A stretch of 37,566 bases of DNA from a virus (Duplodnaviria > Caudoviricetes). The notes under the pieces are model-generated. The model was not told the DNA's origin. It searched no databases and saw nothing but the letters and a program-made list of their open reading frames with translations. How positions within the stretch are numbered: the stretch's first letter is position 1; every line of letters starts with the position of its first letter. The stretch covers positions 1 to 37,566 of IMG/VR virus record IMGVR_UViG_3300033067_000376, one strand, 5' to 3'. Of this stretch, positions 8,479 through 18,162 are shown one piece after another. The translations under genes and the position numbers were made by a program.

Positions 8479-8493
8479 ATTCATATTGTGAAC
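8479..8493. promoter_or_regulatory. Palindromic box, copy 3 (ATTCATATTGTGAAC)
   Basis: Immediately after the terL stop, before the RBS of the next gene. Confidence 0.75.
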
Positions 8494-8510
8494 GTAACTG
8501 GAGCATTGAA

Positions 8511-8816
8511 ATGATTAAACCGCCGAGTGATAATCTTCGTAACCCTCGCCGAGGGCCAGCTAATCCAAAACGTAACGTTCAGGGGATTGCAGTAGGTGAG
8601 CCGAATCCTAACGGTGGCCCGATTCCTGGTCGTCGGCGTCCTGGACAGGGTTTGCCAGTTCCTACTGGCCCTCTTAGGAAAAAGCTTCAGCAGGGAATCC
8701 CACAACCTAAGCAGCCGCCAGTTGTTTTTGGGAAACTTAATGACTTAAGCCTTGGTGGGCCTATGGCTGGCCCGAGTGTAAAGTCCCCTCGTCGTAATCG
8801 TACTCCTAGGGTCTAA
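8511..8816 (+). CDS. Pro/Arg-rich basic hypothetical protein
   Basis: GGAG RBS and ATG 8511 (preferred to TTG 8475); fills the terL-portal gap. Confidence 0.55.
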   Translation: MIKPPSDNLRNPRRGPANPKRNVQGIAVGEPNPNGGPIPGRRRPGQGLPVPTGPLRKKLQQGIPQPKQPPVVFGKLNDLSLGGPMAGPSVKSPRRNRTPRV

Positions 8817-8817
8817 C

Positions 8818-10944
8818 ATGCTAAACCTTGAAAATCACATTAAGATCTCGAAGGAACTAATTGCAGAGGCCAATCTTTGTGATTACTTTTCTCCTCAAGA
8901 TCTTCGAGCTATCGGTGAGTGGTGCGCTGAGTGCTACGAAAGTGACAAGGCTTCCCGCTTGAATTGGCTCAGGCGGTCTGAGGCAGCTCTTGACTTAGCG
9001 ATGCAGATGCAGGAAGAAAAGAGTTTTCCTTGGGCTGGGTGCTCTAACATTATCTTCCCTTTGGTAACGATTGCAGCTCTGCAATTTCATGCTCGAGCTT
9101 ATCCAGTTATTGTTGGTGGGAAAGATATTGTTAGGTGTCAAACTTTTGGAGACGATCCAACTGGTGTCTCCAAAGATTTAGCTGATCGCATCTCTAGCCA
9201 TATGTCTTGGCAGTTGCTTAATCAAGATACTAATTGGGAAGAAGACGTTGATCGAAGCCTTCTGAATGTTGCAATTGTAGGTTGTGGGTTTAAGAAAACT
9301 TATTTCTCCCCTGAGAAATTGCACAACATCAGTGAGTTTGTTCCTGCAAAAGACTTAGTGTTTGACTATTGGGCTAAGTCAATTGATGAGGCTAAAACTA
9401 AAACTCATACCATTCCATACTCACGAAATGATATCTACACGGCAGTAAAGTCTGGAAGGTTCTATGATTGCTTAAATGAGTCTTGGTATATCGCTAACAG
9501 CTCTCCATCTAGTGATTCGCAGCGATCTCACCAAGATGCTCGGGATGGTTTGACAGTTCCAAACCCAAGTGATAACACTCCGTTTATTTTGTGCGAGCAG
9601 CACTGTTGGTTGGATTTAGATGGTGATGGCTATGAGGAGCCTTACATTGTTACTTTTGAGGAGACTTCTCATTGTGTTCTTCGGATTGTCACTAGGTTTG
9701 ATCGAATTGAAGATGTTGCTTTCAGTGCTTCTGGGGAGATCATAAAGATTACCCCTTGGGAATATTTTACTAAGATTCCCTTCATTCCTTCCCCGGATGG
9801 GAGCATAATGGATATAGGGTTTGGTACGTTACTGGGCCCGCTTAATGAGAGTGTGAATGCTGCAATTAATCAGTTGTTCGACGCTGGAACTTTGTCAAAC
9901 ACTGCTGGTGGCTTTTTAGGAAGGGGGGCAAAGCTTAGGGGCGGTGTTTATGAGTTTTCGCCATTCTCTTGGCAACGAGTAGACTCAACTGGTGATGACT
10001 TGCGGAAGTCTATCTTCCCGCTTCCAGTTCGGGAACCTAGCAATGTAATGTTCCAGCTCTTGGGTTTAATTATTGACTACTCTGGGAGGATTACGGGCGC
10101 AACTGAGATTAATGTTGGAGAGAACCCGGGGCAGAATACTCCAGCTGAAACATCTCGCACGATGGCAGAGAATGGTCAGCGTATCTACACAGCAATCTTT
10201 AAAAGGATCTGGCGAGGGTTTAAGCAAGAGTTTAGGAAACTGTATAATCTCAACGCAGTATTTATGCCAATGCGAGTTCGCTATGGCACAAGTGGGGCGA
10301 TGATTACTCGGGACGATTATGCTGGAAGTGCCGCTATTATTGCACCCGCAGCTGATCCGATGATTGCTAGTGTTGGGGAGCGTTATGCAAAGGCTTTTGC
10401 TGTTAAACAACTGGCTAATGGGAACCCTGCTTATGATGTTGACGCAGTTGAAGTGGATGTATTAAAAGCTCTTGGAGTCTCGGATGTTGAAAGGGTTTAC
10501 AAGGGTGCATCTAATGCCCCGCCACCTCAGCCAGATATTAGGTTGCAGATTCAACAGATGAAGACTCAGCTTGCTATGCAAGAGCTTGAGTTTAAGAAAC
10601 AGAGTTTCGTTATGGGCTTGCAAAATCAGGCAAGGCTTAACGAAGCTAAGATTTCTGAAATCCAAGCTCAGGTGTTTAAGATCTATGAAGATGGGAAGTC
10701 CGTGGCAGGAAGCCAGCGGATTGAGGCTTTCCGGGCTTATATGGAAATGCTTAGGGAGCAAAACAAAAGTCTGGACAACCAGATACAGTCAATGGTGGAG
10801 TTAGGAAATGCTCAACTTGAGTCCCGAGGAATCTCGGCAGGTATTCCTGGAATGGAAACAGCATCCAGTGACACAGGAAGTTTTGGAGATCTTGGCCAAA
10901 CGAATCCAGGAGCATCAAGCTCTATGGGCTTCGGGGAACCTTGA
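8818..10944 (+). CDS. Portal protein
   Basis: 708 aa after terL; KSFPWAGCSNI, DLDGDGYEEPYIVT and NQLFDAGTLSN motifs plus C-terminal coiled coil (P22-like barrel). Confidence 0.88.
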   Translation: MLNLENHIKISKELIAEANLCDYFSPQDLRAIGEWCAECYESDKASRLNWLRRSEAALDLAMQMQEEKSFPWAGCSNIIFPLVTIAALQFHARAYPVIVGGKDIVRCQTFGDDPTGVSKDLADRISSHMSWQLLNQDTNWEEDVDRSLLNVAIVGCGFKKTYFSPEKLHNISEFVPAKDLVFDYWAKSIDEAKTKTHTIPYSRNDIYTAVKSGRFYDCLNESWYIANSSPSSDSQRSHQDARDGLTVPNPSDNTPFILCEQHCWLDLDGDGYEEPYIVTFEETSHCVLRIVTRFDRIEDVAFSASGEIIKITPWEYFTKIPFIPSPDGSIMDIGFGTLLGPLNESVNAAINQLFDAGTLSNTAGGFLGRGAKLRGGVYEFSPFSWQRVDSTGDDLRKSIFPLPVREPSNVMFQLLGLIIDYSGRITGATEINVGENPGQNTPAETSRTMAENGQRIYTAIFKRIWRGFKQEFRKLYNLNAVFMPMRVRYGTSGAMITRDDYAGSAAIIAPAADPMIASVGERYAKAFAVKQLANGNPAYDVDAVEVDVLKALGVSDVERVYKGASNAPPPQPDIRLQIQQMKTQLAMQELEFKKQSFVMGLQNQARLNEAKISEIQAQVFKIYEDGKSVAGSQRIEAFRAYMEMLREQNKSLDNQIQSMVELGNAQLESRGISAGIPGMETASSDTGSFGDLGQTNPGASSSMGFGEP

Positions 10945-11053
10945 TTCTTCTTTTAGTGCTGAATACATTGCAAGAAACTCAGCTGCAAAGGGTTATGTGA
11001 ATGCTTGTCAGGATGTTCTAAACATTTCTTTTGAGGATATTACTAGTGAATGA
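10808..11053 (+). CDS. Small head-region hypothetical protein (81 aa)
   Basis: GGAG/AGGA RBS; EWKQHPVT motif; usual position between portal and GroES. Confidence 0.65.
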   Translation: MLNLSPEESRQVFLEWKQHPVTQEVLEILAKRIQEHQALWASGNLDSSFSAEYIARNSAAKGYVNACQDVLNISFEDITSE

Positions 11054-11357
11054 GTCAGGAGTAAAACCATTAGGCAGGGCAGTTTTAGTAAAACCTTACA
11101 CTCCCGAACGCCGTGAGGGTTTGATTGTAATTCCAGAGGAAGCTTTGGAACGGGATCAGATGGTTGAACAAAGGGCTGTTGTTGTGGAAGTTGGCCCGCA
11201 CGCTTGGATGGATGAGCCTTGTCCTCGGGCTAAGGTGGGTGATAAGGTGTTGATATCAAAGTTTGCTGGTTATATGGTTAAAGGTACGGCAGACGGATCG
11301 CAGTATCGGCTTGTAAATGACCGAGATATTTTCGCAGCTATTGAAGTGGAGGCATGA
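11046..11357 (+). CDS. groES: GroES-like co-chaperonin
   Basis: VKPLGRAVLV...GLIVIP...VVEVGP...KVGDKVL..KFAG...LVNDRDIFA; GAGGA RBS before GTG 11046. Confidence 0.88.
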   Translation: MNESGVKPLGRAVLVKPYTPERREGLIVIPEEALERDQMVEQRAVVVEVGPHAWMDEPCPRAKVGDKVLISKFAGYMVKGTADGSQYRLVNDRDIFAAIEVEA

Positions 11358-12205
11358 TGGACACTGAGCTTGAAATTGAAGATCGCGCAAGGCAGATGGG
11401 TTGGGTTCCCCTTGAGAACTTCAAAGGTTCTGAGGATAAGTGGGTAGACGCAGAAACTTTTGTTGAGCGCGGGGAACAGGTTTTGCCTATCCTTCGGGCA
11501 AACAATCACCGATTGCACAATGACCTGTTGACATTGCAAACCCAAAATGGTACGCTTCAGCAGGAGCTAACAGCTACGCGAACAATTGTTCGAGGGCTTG
11601 AGAAGAGTTTTAATGAATCACTACAACGGCAATTAGCCGAACAACGCGCACAACTGAAAGCGAGTCTTAAGGAAGCGGTTGAAGATAGAGACATTGATCG
11701 AGAGCTGGAAGTTCGGGAGCAGCTAGGTGACCTTGCTACTGCTGAGCAAGAAGCTAAGAGAAAGCAGTTAGAAGTCTCTAAACCCGTTGAGCCTGTTACT
11801 ACAGATCCCACCAAGCCTAACCTTTCGCCAGAGTTCAATGCCTGGCAGGAAGCTAACCCTTGGTATGGGGTGGATAGGAAAAAGACTAAGGCTGTTCTTC
11901 GTGCTGCGGAGGACTTACGAGATGATGGTGACACATCTATCGGCCTTGAGTTTATGAATAAGGCTCTTGCAATTGTTGAGGCTGCGGCTGGAGAAGGCTC
12001 GGAAGTTAGTTCGGTGGATAAAGTTTCTAGTGGAAGTTCTCGAAATGGTACTCGTGCTGTTGGCAAGTCTTATGCAGCTTTACCCTCAGAGGCAAAGGCT
12101 GCGTGTGAGGAAGATTTAGTAAACTTTGTTGGTGAGGGTAAGTTGTTTAAAACTGAGAAAGATTGGCGGGATTACTACGCCAAAACCTATTTTGGAGAAG
12201 GCTAA
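11354..12205 (+). CDS. Putative scaffolding protein
   Basis: Acidic coiled coil, ARQMGWVP and WQEANPWYG motifs; lies between portal and capsid genes. Confidence 0.7.
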   Translation: MMDTELEIEDRARQMGWVPLENFKGSEDKWVDAETFVERGEQVLPILRANNHRLHNDLLTLQTQNGTLQQELTATRTIVRGLEKSFNESLQRQLAEQRAQLKASLKEAVEDRDIDRELEVREQLGDLATAEQEAKRKQLEVSKPVEPVTTDPTKPNLSPEFNAWQEANPWYGVDRKKTKAVLRAAEDLRDDGDTSIGLEFMNKALAIVEAAAGEGSEVSSVDKVSSGSSRNGTRAVGKSYAALPSEAKAACEEDLVNFVGEGKLFKTEKDWRDYYAKTYFGEG

Positions 12206-12714
12206 TGGCTGAAGTTAATCCTGCAAACAATTCTAAAGTGAGTAGTATTCCGGAAAACTACATTCCAATGAGTGCCCCGATTCAGCGACTTCAAGTTCCT
12301 GAAAAGGAGGGGTTTGTTCGTTACTGGTTCCGTGGCGATCCTGGTAGGATTGCTAGAGCTCAACAAGCTGGATACCGTTTCGTCTTACCCGAAGAGGTTA
12401 GTGTTAACAACTTTGATGTAGCAGGTAATTCCAAGACTTCAGGAAGTACTGATCTTGGATCACGAGTAAGTGTTATTAGTGGTGACGAGGCTGGTTTTGA
12501 TGGGCAGCCTAATCGGTTGTATCTTATGGAGATTCCCAAGGAACTCTATGAGCATGGACAGAAGATTCTTGAACAGCGCAATGAGAGTATTGCTGAGGAA
12601 TTACGCTCTGGCCTGATTGGTTCTGATAGTGAGAGTTCTCAAGATAAGTCGGTACGTTATGCAAAGACAGGTGTTCCAGACCTTTTTAACCCTAACAAAA
12701 TTCGGAGACGATAA
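12205..12714 (+). CDS. Head-region hypothetical protein
   Basis: ATG 12205 coupled to the previous stop, GGAG RBS; GFVRYW...GYRFV...LYLMEIP. Confidence 0.65.
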   Translation: MAEVNPANNSKVSSIPENYIPMSAPIQRLQVPEKEGFVRYWFRGDPGRIARAQQAGYRFVLPEEVSVNNFDVAGNSKTSGSTDLGSRVSVISGDEAGFDGQPNRLYLMEIPKELYEHGQKILEQRNESIAEELRSGLIGSDSESSQDKSVRYAKTGVPDLFNPNKIRRR

Positions 12715-13265
12715 TGGCAAACGCTAATCGCCCTACCGGCTTATCACCTGTTCGCAGTCTTTCGGGAACTTTTGAGGGCCAGGTAAATATCTATTCAATC
12801 GCTGCAAGTTATGGAACTGCTGTAGCTATCGGTGATGTTGTAAAGTTGGCAGCTTCCCCCGGTGCAAGTGGGGATGGTTACGCTAATATTGAAATCTCTG
12901 CTTCGAACGCTAGCCATCTTGGTGTTGTAGTTGGCTTGGGGCGGAGTCCTACGGTGCTGGCTAACTGGGCAAACCTTGATTCAACGGTACGCCCTGCTAG
13001 TGATCCTAGTGTTTGGTATGCAGCTGTAGCAGATGATGCTCGCACGCTTTTTGAGGTGCAGGCGAACACTATTGCAGCTTCCAATGTTGGCGCTAATTGT
13101 GATCTTGTGCCTGGCGCTAACAATGGGTATGTGAGTGGGGCGACTGTGACCAGTACAGTCACAAACAATGATTTCAAGATTGTCTCACTGGTAAATCGTA
13201 TTGATAATGCCGTAGGTGCTTACGCTAAGGTTATTGTCAAATTCCTCAAGCATGCCTTAATCTAA
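12714..13265 (+). CDS. Putative capsid decoration/cement protein
   Basis: MANANRPTGLSPV..., A/G/V-rich beta protein immediately upstream of the MCP. Confidence 0.6.
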   Translation: MANANRPTGLSPVRSLSGTFEGQVNIYSIAASYGTAVAIGDVVKLAASPGASGDGYANIEISASNASHLGVVVGLGRSPTVLANWANLDSTVRPASDPSVWYAAVADDARTLFEVQANTIAASNVGANCDLVPGANNGYVSGATVTSTVTNNDFKIVSLVNRIDNAVGAYAKVIVKFLKHALI

Positions 13266-13277
13266 GGAGAACTTACT

Positions 13278-14195
13278 ATGGCAGGTGTAATCAATACTGG
13301 TAGTCATCCTAAGCTCTTGTGGCCTGGGATTCGCGCTACTTGGGGACAGATGTATGATACGCATAGTCCTGAGTATTCAGATCTCTATGACGTGTTGTCC
13401 TCTAATCGTGCTTATGAGCAGGACGTGCAGATCACTGGGTTTGGCCTGGCTCCGGTTAAGGGTCAGGGTGCTGGCGTTGCATATGACTCTGAGATGCAGG
13501 GTTGGATCACTACCTATGCGCATATTGCCTACGGCCTCGGCTACATTGTTACGTTCGAGGAACTGCAGGATAATATGTATAAGGATGTGAGTACTCGTCG
13601 TGCAAAGGCGAACGCTTTCTCAATGAATCAAACTGTTGAGAATGTGGCGGCATTCTTGTATAACAATGCCTTTAGCACAACGTACTATGCAACTCCGGAT
13701 GGTAAGGCGCTGATTGCTAGCGATCACGTTAATCCAAGCGGCGGTACGTTCAGCAATGCCCTGACTCCTGGTGCGGATTTGAGTGAGGCGGCGCTTGAGG
13801 ATATTTGCATTCAGATCATGAATGCAACTCAAGATCGAGGTCTTCGTATTGCAGTAATGCCGCAATCGTTGCATATTGCTAGTTCGGAGTTTTTCAACGC
13901 TAATCGGATTCTTAAGAGTGTGTTGCAGGCCGGCACTGGGAACAATGCTATTAATGTTCTCAAAGCTACTAATGCTTTCCCGAAGGGCATTATGCTGAAT
14001 CACTACTTCACGAATCCTAATGCGTGGTTCGTCCGCACTAATATTCCTAACGGGATGCAGTTCTTCTGGCGCAATCGTCCTAGCTTTGATCAGGACAATG
14101 ACTTCGATACGAAGAATGCGAAGGCGGCTAGCTACATGCGGTTCTCTGTGGGCTGTACCGATCCTCGTGGCATCTATGGGTCTAACCCGCCGTAA
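13278..14195 (+). CDS. Major capsid protein (HK97 fold)
   Basis: Strong AAGGAG RBS, 305 aa, biased codons; LLWPG, GFGLAPVK, DGKAL..SDH, DFDT and DPRG motifs. Confidence 0.88.
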   Translation: MAGVINTGSHPKLLWPGIRATWGQMYDTHSPEYSDLYDVLSSNRAYEQDVQITGFGLAPVKGQGAGVAYDSEMQGWITTYAHIAYGLGYIVTFEELQDNMYKDVSTRRAKANAFSMNQTVENVAAFLYNNAFSTTYYATPDGKALIASDHVNPSGGTFSNALTPGADLSEAALEDICIQIMNATQDRGLRIAVMPQSLHIASSEFFNANRILKSVLQAGTGNNAINVLKATNAFPKGIMLNHYFTNPNAWFVRTNIPNGMQFFWRNRPSFDQDNDFDTKNAKAASYMRFSVGCTDPRGIYGSNPP

Positions 14196-14207
14196 GATCG
14201 GTCGTGG

Positions 14208-14237
14208 ATGGTAGGGAGTAGAAATGCTCCCTACCAT
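14208..14237 (+). promoter_or_regulatory. 13-bp GAAA-tetraloop hairpin after the MCP (terminator/attenuator or stabiliser)
   Basis: ATGGTAGGGAGTA-GAAA-TGCTCCCTACCAT; no U-tract follows. Confidence 0.6.
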
Positions 14238-14250
14238 TCACATTGTGAAT
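14236..14250. promoter_or_regulatory. Palindromic box, copy 4 (ATTCACATTGTGAAT)
   Basis: Perfect palindrome around a central base; intergenic after the MCP. Confidence 0.8.
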
Positions 14251-14283
14251 ACACCTAACCATCATCAAGAAGAGGTTTATAAG

Positions 14284-14874
14284 ATGGCTACTCCGACTCG
14301 TTTTCCTGGCGGCTTAACTAATGCAAGTCCTACTGCAGTACTTGCTAACCTTGGCCAACTCGATCCGACCAAGTTTATCACGTATTTTGATGACTTTCTT
14401 ACTCCTGTTATTTCAACTGGTATCGTTTCCGTAGCAGGGGAAGGCGGTCAAGTTACTGTTGCTACCACGAAACAGGTTGGTACTACTAGTGCTAGCTTTA
14501 AGTTATCTACTACTAAGCAATTTTTCTTTAAGTGTCGGGCTTCGCTAGCAGCAGTTGCCCAAACTCTTGCAGTTGGTTTTTCTGATAACTTTGCTAGTCA
14601 TGCTCATGGAGTTTGCATTAGTATTACTGGTACAACCCTAACCCTGAAAATTGATGGGACAACTTCCACAGCAACAATTTCTACAACTAACGATGTAATG
14701 TTCGAGCTTGGCTTGAGCTATAACTCTCGAGATGGTGTGGTGGTTTATCTTGATGATTCTCCTGTGCTTCGCGCTTCACCTACTGCGTTTGACACTAACT
14801 TGTCCTTAGCTGGTGCTTATGTTTCAGGGACTACAGCAACTGTTGATTACGTATTTGCTGCTGTAGAGCGCTAA
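14284..14874 (+). CDS. Virion structural protein
   Basis: GAGG RBS and ATG 14284 (MATPTRFPGGLTN...YFDDF); beta-rich. Confidence 0.65.
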   Translation: MATPTRFPGGLTNASPTAVLANLGQLDPTKFITYFDDFLTPVISTGIVSVAGEGGQVTVATTKQVGTTSASFKLSTTKQFFFKCRASLAAVAQTLAVGFSDNFASHAHGVCISITGTTLTLKIDGTTSTATISTTNDVMFELGLSYNSRDGVVVYLDDSPVLRASPTAFDTNLSLAGAYVSGTTATVDYVFAAVER

Positions 14875-14881
14875 CCTACCC

Positions 14882-14913
14882 AGCCCGGCGCTTGTCCCTA
14901 GTGCCGGGCTTTT
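14882..14913 (+). terminator. Probable Rho-independent terminator (short U-tract)
   Basis: AGCCCGGCGCT/AGTGCCGGGCT stem followed by TTT. Confidence 0.65.
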
Positions 14914-14923
14914 GGAGAATTAA

Positions 14924-15298
14924 ATGGCTACCACAAAAGTTTTGCTTAATGGCACACGTAACTATGTCGTGCAAATCACCGGTACTGGAGGTGACTCAGC
15001 AGTTAATATCTTTGATGTTGCAACTGTAACGCCGGAGTGTGCTGAGGTTAGGATTCAAAAGTGTTACTATGATGTTGCAGGTAGTGCTGGCCTTGTCACT
15101 CTCCTTTGGGAAGCTACAGCTAATACTACTGCCTTAACAATTAGTACTGGCAGCGGGCAAACTCTTGATTTTCATGACGTTGGTGGGTTAGTGAACAACG
15201 CTGGAGCTGGTAAGACTGGTGACTTACTTTTGACTAGTACTGCGACAACGCCTTACACAGTGACATTATGGCTTAAGAAAGTTCGTACAGTGTCTTGA
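14924..15298 (+). CDS. Virion structural protein (124 aa)
   Basis: GGAG RBS; LDFHDVGGL.N...TGDLLLT; position between head and tail genes. Confidence 0.6.
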   Translation: MATTKVLLNGTRNYVVQITGTGGDSAVNIFDVATVTPECAEVRIQKCYYDVAGSAGLVTLLWEATANTTALTISTGSGQTLDFHDVGGLVNNAGAGKTGDLLLTSTATTPYTVTLWLKKVRTVS

Positions 15299-15306
15299 GG
15301 TGACAT

Positions 15307-16017
15307 ATGCCTATTACTTCAAATACTGTCTACGGCATCATTAATGATGCAATGCACGATGCGGGATTTTTAGAAGAGGGTGAAGATCCTAACAGTGAAC
15401 AGCTATCCTCAAACTTCCGTCGACTAAATGATATTATTAACCTCTGGCAAACCCAGGGGTTAAAGCTTTTCTTGCTTGAAGAACTTACAATTCCTCTAGT
15501 AGCTGGTACGAGTACTTACTCAATTGGCCCAGGTAAGACCATTAACATGGTTAAGCCTTCGAGGATTCTTGATGCTTATGTTAAGACTCCCGACAATGTA
15601 AAGCGTCCGTTAATTGCTATCTCGTGGAAAGACTGGAACTTACTTCCTACTGTAAGTGCTGGGACGATCTCATCTTACTTTGTAAACAAACTCTCCGATT
15701 ACCTAGAGGTTCGCTTCTGGAATACTCCTAGCACTTCAGAAGCGTTGAACACTGTAGTTGCCCTGATTCAAAGGGAGGTTGTTAATCCTATTAATCTGCA
15801 AGATGATATGGACTTCCCGCAAGAGTGGCGAATTGCTTTGCGTTGGGGTTTAGCTGATGATATTTGTAGTGGGCAGCCGGCTGCTATTATGGATCGCTGC
15901 GCTCAACGGGCTGCGATCTATAGGGATGCCTTAGAATCTTGGGATGTTGAGGATGCTTCGACGAGCTTTGCCCCAGATCGTAGGAGTGGTTATCATGCAG
16001 CTGGGAGATTTGTCTAA
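15307..16017 (+). CDS. Head-tail adaptor (P22 gp4-like)
   Basis: Helical N-terminus (LNDIINLWQ) and C-terminal DFPQEWRIALRWGLA; directly upstream of the tail hub. Confidence 0.65.
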   Translation: MPITSNTVYGIINDAMHDAGFLEEGEDPNSEQLSSNFRRLNDIINLWQTQGLKLFLLEELTIPLVAGTSTYSIGPGKTINMVKPSRILDAYVKTPDNVKRPLIAISWKDWNLLPTVSAGTISSYFVNKLSDYLEVRFWNTPSTSEALNTVVALIQREVVNPINLQDDMDFPQEWRIALRWGLADDICSGQPAAIMDRCAQRAAIYRDALESWDVEDASTSFAPDRRSGYHAAGRFV

Positions 16018-17444
16018 TGGCTAATCCTCAGGCTACACAACAGTGGGAGAGTGTAACACTTCCACCGCGATTACCTTTAGTAATCATTCAGTCAAACCGT
16101 GATGGGACTCTAAATAAGGACGCCAAGTTAGTTAATTGCTATCTTGAGGCAACTCAAGAAGGGGAAGCTAATATCTTTAAGCGTCCCGGTATTACTCAAA
16201 CAAGTGTTGTGTCAGCTAATGAAGTTGGAAATGGTGTGTTTTTCTGGAATGGGGATGTTTACTCTGTTTTTGGTAGTGTCTTTTACAGGAATGGTACGGT
16301 AGTTAGTGGTGTGGATAACACTGGTGGGGTGTATAGGTTTATTTCTATTCTTGGAGCAACCCCAAAGCTGGTGTTTAGTAATGGCAAAAAGGCTTATGCT
16401 TATGATATTGGCGGCGGACTATCCTCTGATTTACATACTATTGATGCAGACTACCCAACCACTACAGTAAAGGGTCTTGCCTACTTAAACGGCCCTGTCT
16501 ATGTTATGCAGCCTGAGGCAGTTATCTGGGGTAGTGCTATTAACTCAGTATCTGTCGCGGGTGACTGGGATCCGTTGAACTATCTCCGTGCTCAGATCGA
16601 GCCTGATGGTGGAGTGTTTCTGGCCAAGCAACTTGTTTATGTAGTGGCTCTGAAAAAGTGGACTATTGAATACTTCTTTGATGCTGGCCAGCCTACAGGC
16701 AGTCCCTTGCAGTCAGTGCAAGGTATGAAGGTTAACTATGGCTGTGCTAGTGCGGACAGTGTTCGTGCTATTAATGACGTTCTATTCTTTCTTTCAACAG
16801 ATCAGAACGCTTCATTACAAGTTTCCCAGCTTGACAAAGGTGCACACTCTGTTGTTTCAACTCCTGCTGTTGATAGATTGCTTTGTGATATTAATACTTC
16901 AGTTGTGTTCTCTTGGACGTTTAAGATCAATGGACACAGCTTTTATGTGTTGACTTTTAAGCAGTCTAATCTAACTTTAGTGTATGACGTAAACCAGCAA
17001 TTGTGGTATCAGTGGACTACAAGTAGTGGAAATTATCTACCCTTCGTAGACTGTACCTATGATGCTAGTGGGGAACACGTCTTACAACATGAAACTAATG
17101 GAGCGCTATATACTATTAGCAGCACAGATTACAAAGATGATAGTAATCCAATTGTTGTAGACATTATCACTCCTAGCTTTGATGCCCAAACCTTTCGCAG
17201 AAAGCATCTCAATATGCTGAAGTTTGTGGGAGACAGAGTTCCTGGAAGCGTTCTTCAAGTAAGGAAAACTGATGATGATTATCAAACTTGGAGTAATTTT
17301 AGGCGGGTTGATCTCAACCTTAAAGTCCCGAAACTTGTTAATTGCGGAACCTTTGTTCGACGAGCTTATCATTTGCGGCATACTGCTAATACTCCTTTTA
17401 GGATTCGGGCACTAGATGCTCAATATGATGTGGGGACGTTATGA
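16017..17444 (+). CDS. Tail hub/nozzle (P22 gp10-like DNA stabilisation protein)
   Basis: 475 aa beta-propeller-like; VSTPAVD, GHSFYVLTF, TLVYD....WYQW and DD.QTWS motifs. Confidence 0.75.
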   Translation: MANPQATQQWESVTLPPRLPLVIIQSNRDGTLNKDAKLVNCYLEATQEGEANIFKRPGITQTSVVSANEVGNGVFFWNGDVYSVFGSVFYRNGTVVSGVDNTGGVYRFISILGATPKLVFSNGKKAYAYDIGGGLSSDLHTIDADYPTTTVKGLAYLNGPVYVMQPEAVIWGSAINSVSVAGDWDPLNYLRAQIEPDGGVFLAKQLVYVVALKKWTIEYFFDAGQPTGSPLQSVQGMKVNYGCASADSVRAINDVLFFLSTDQNASLQVSQLDKGAHSVVSTPAVDRLLCDINTSVVFSWTFKINGHSFYVLTFKQSNLTLVYDVNQQLWYQWTTSSGNYLPFVDCTYDASGEHVLQHETNGALYTISSTDYKDDSNPIVVDIITPSFDAQTFRRKHLNMLKFVGDRVPGSVLQVRKTDDDYQTWSNFRRVDLNLKVPKLVNCGTFVRRAYHLRHTANTPFRIRALDAQYDVGTL

Positions 17445-17950
17445 GTGTTGAGACTGATCCGCTACCACCAGTGCCTGAGCATACCCCGATTCTTCGTGGT
17501 GATATGACTAAGTTCAACCCAGGAGATCTTGTTCATGCAGTTTGGGCTAGGTGGCTAGGTGCGCTGCGTGAGAAAATCAATGTTCTGAATGCCTCGTTAG
17601 TTTCCCTCGGTGAAGTAACTGGTGTTGGAATAGTTACTAAAAATGGTGATGCTTGGGCAGCTAGAACTCTAACCGGCACAGCTGGAGAGATTGATGTTGC
17701 TGGTGGGGATGGGACAAGTGATCCGACAGTTTCTCTGGCTGATTCGGGAGTTACGGCTGGAACACTTCTTGGCGGTTTAGCTACGCCAGTTTTAACTGTT
17801 GATGCCAAGGGACGCATTACTGGAGCTGCTGCGATGGATTATACTTCTGTCGCTACAGCTGGTGCGAGTCCTACTGGTTTCCTAAAGATTAATGTTAAGG
17901 TTAGTGGTACGGCAATAGATGTTTATATTCCATACTATCCAGCTGTTTAG
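17441..17950 (+). CDS. Tail needle/short fibre-like protein
   Basis: Follows the hub; short coiled coil then G/T-rich segment with TVDAKGRIT fibre motif. Confidence 0.55.
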   Translation: MSVETDPLPPVPEHTPILRGDMTKFNPGDLVHAVWARWLGALREKINVLNASLVSLGEVTGVGIVTKNGDAWAARTLTGTAGEIDVAGGDGTSDPTVSLADSGVTAGTLLGGLATPVLTVDAKGRITGAAAMDYTSVATAGASPTGFLKINVKVSGTAIDVYIPYYPAV

Positions 17951-17961
17951 GAGACCTGCAG

Positions 17962-18162
17962 GTGACTACATATGACACGAAGAAGATCTTGAGTGAGTTA
18001 TCTAAACATGAACTAAAGGATATCGTTAAGCTTGCGATTAAGGAATGGCTGGATGAGCAGGCTATGATATTTGGAAAAATGTCCCTTAAGTGGTTGTTCA
18101 GAGCTGGGGCAGCTGCCTTGTTGTTTTTTATCTTAATCGCACAAGGTTGGGTGCATAAATGA
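17962..18162 (+). CDS. Small membrane protein
   Basis: GGAG RBS; C-terminal hydrophobic helix. Confidence 0.55.
   Translation: MTTYDTKKILSELSKHELKDIVKLAIKEWLDEQAMIFGKMSLKWLFRAGAAALLFFILIAQGWVHK

Noticed and set aside
11557-14237. Long antisense ORFs (11557..12066, 13620..14237 and similar shadows elsewhere)
   Set aside because: They mirror well-supported genes on the other strand and show no motifs.
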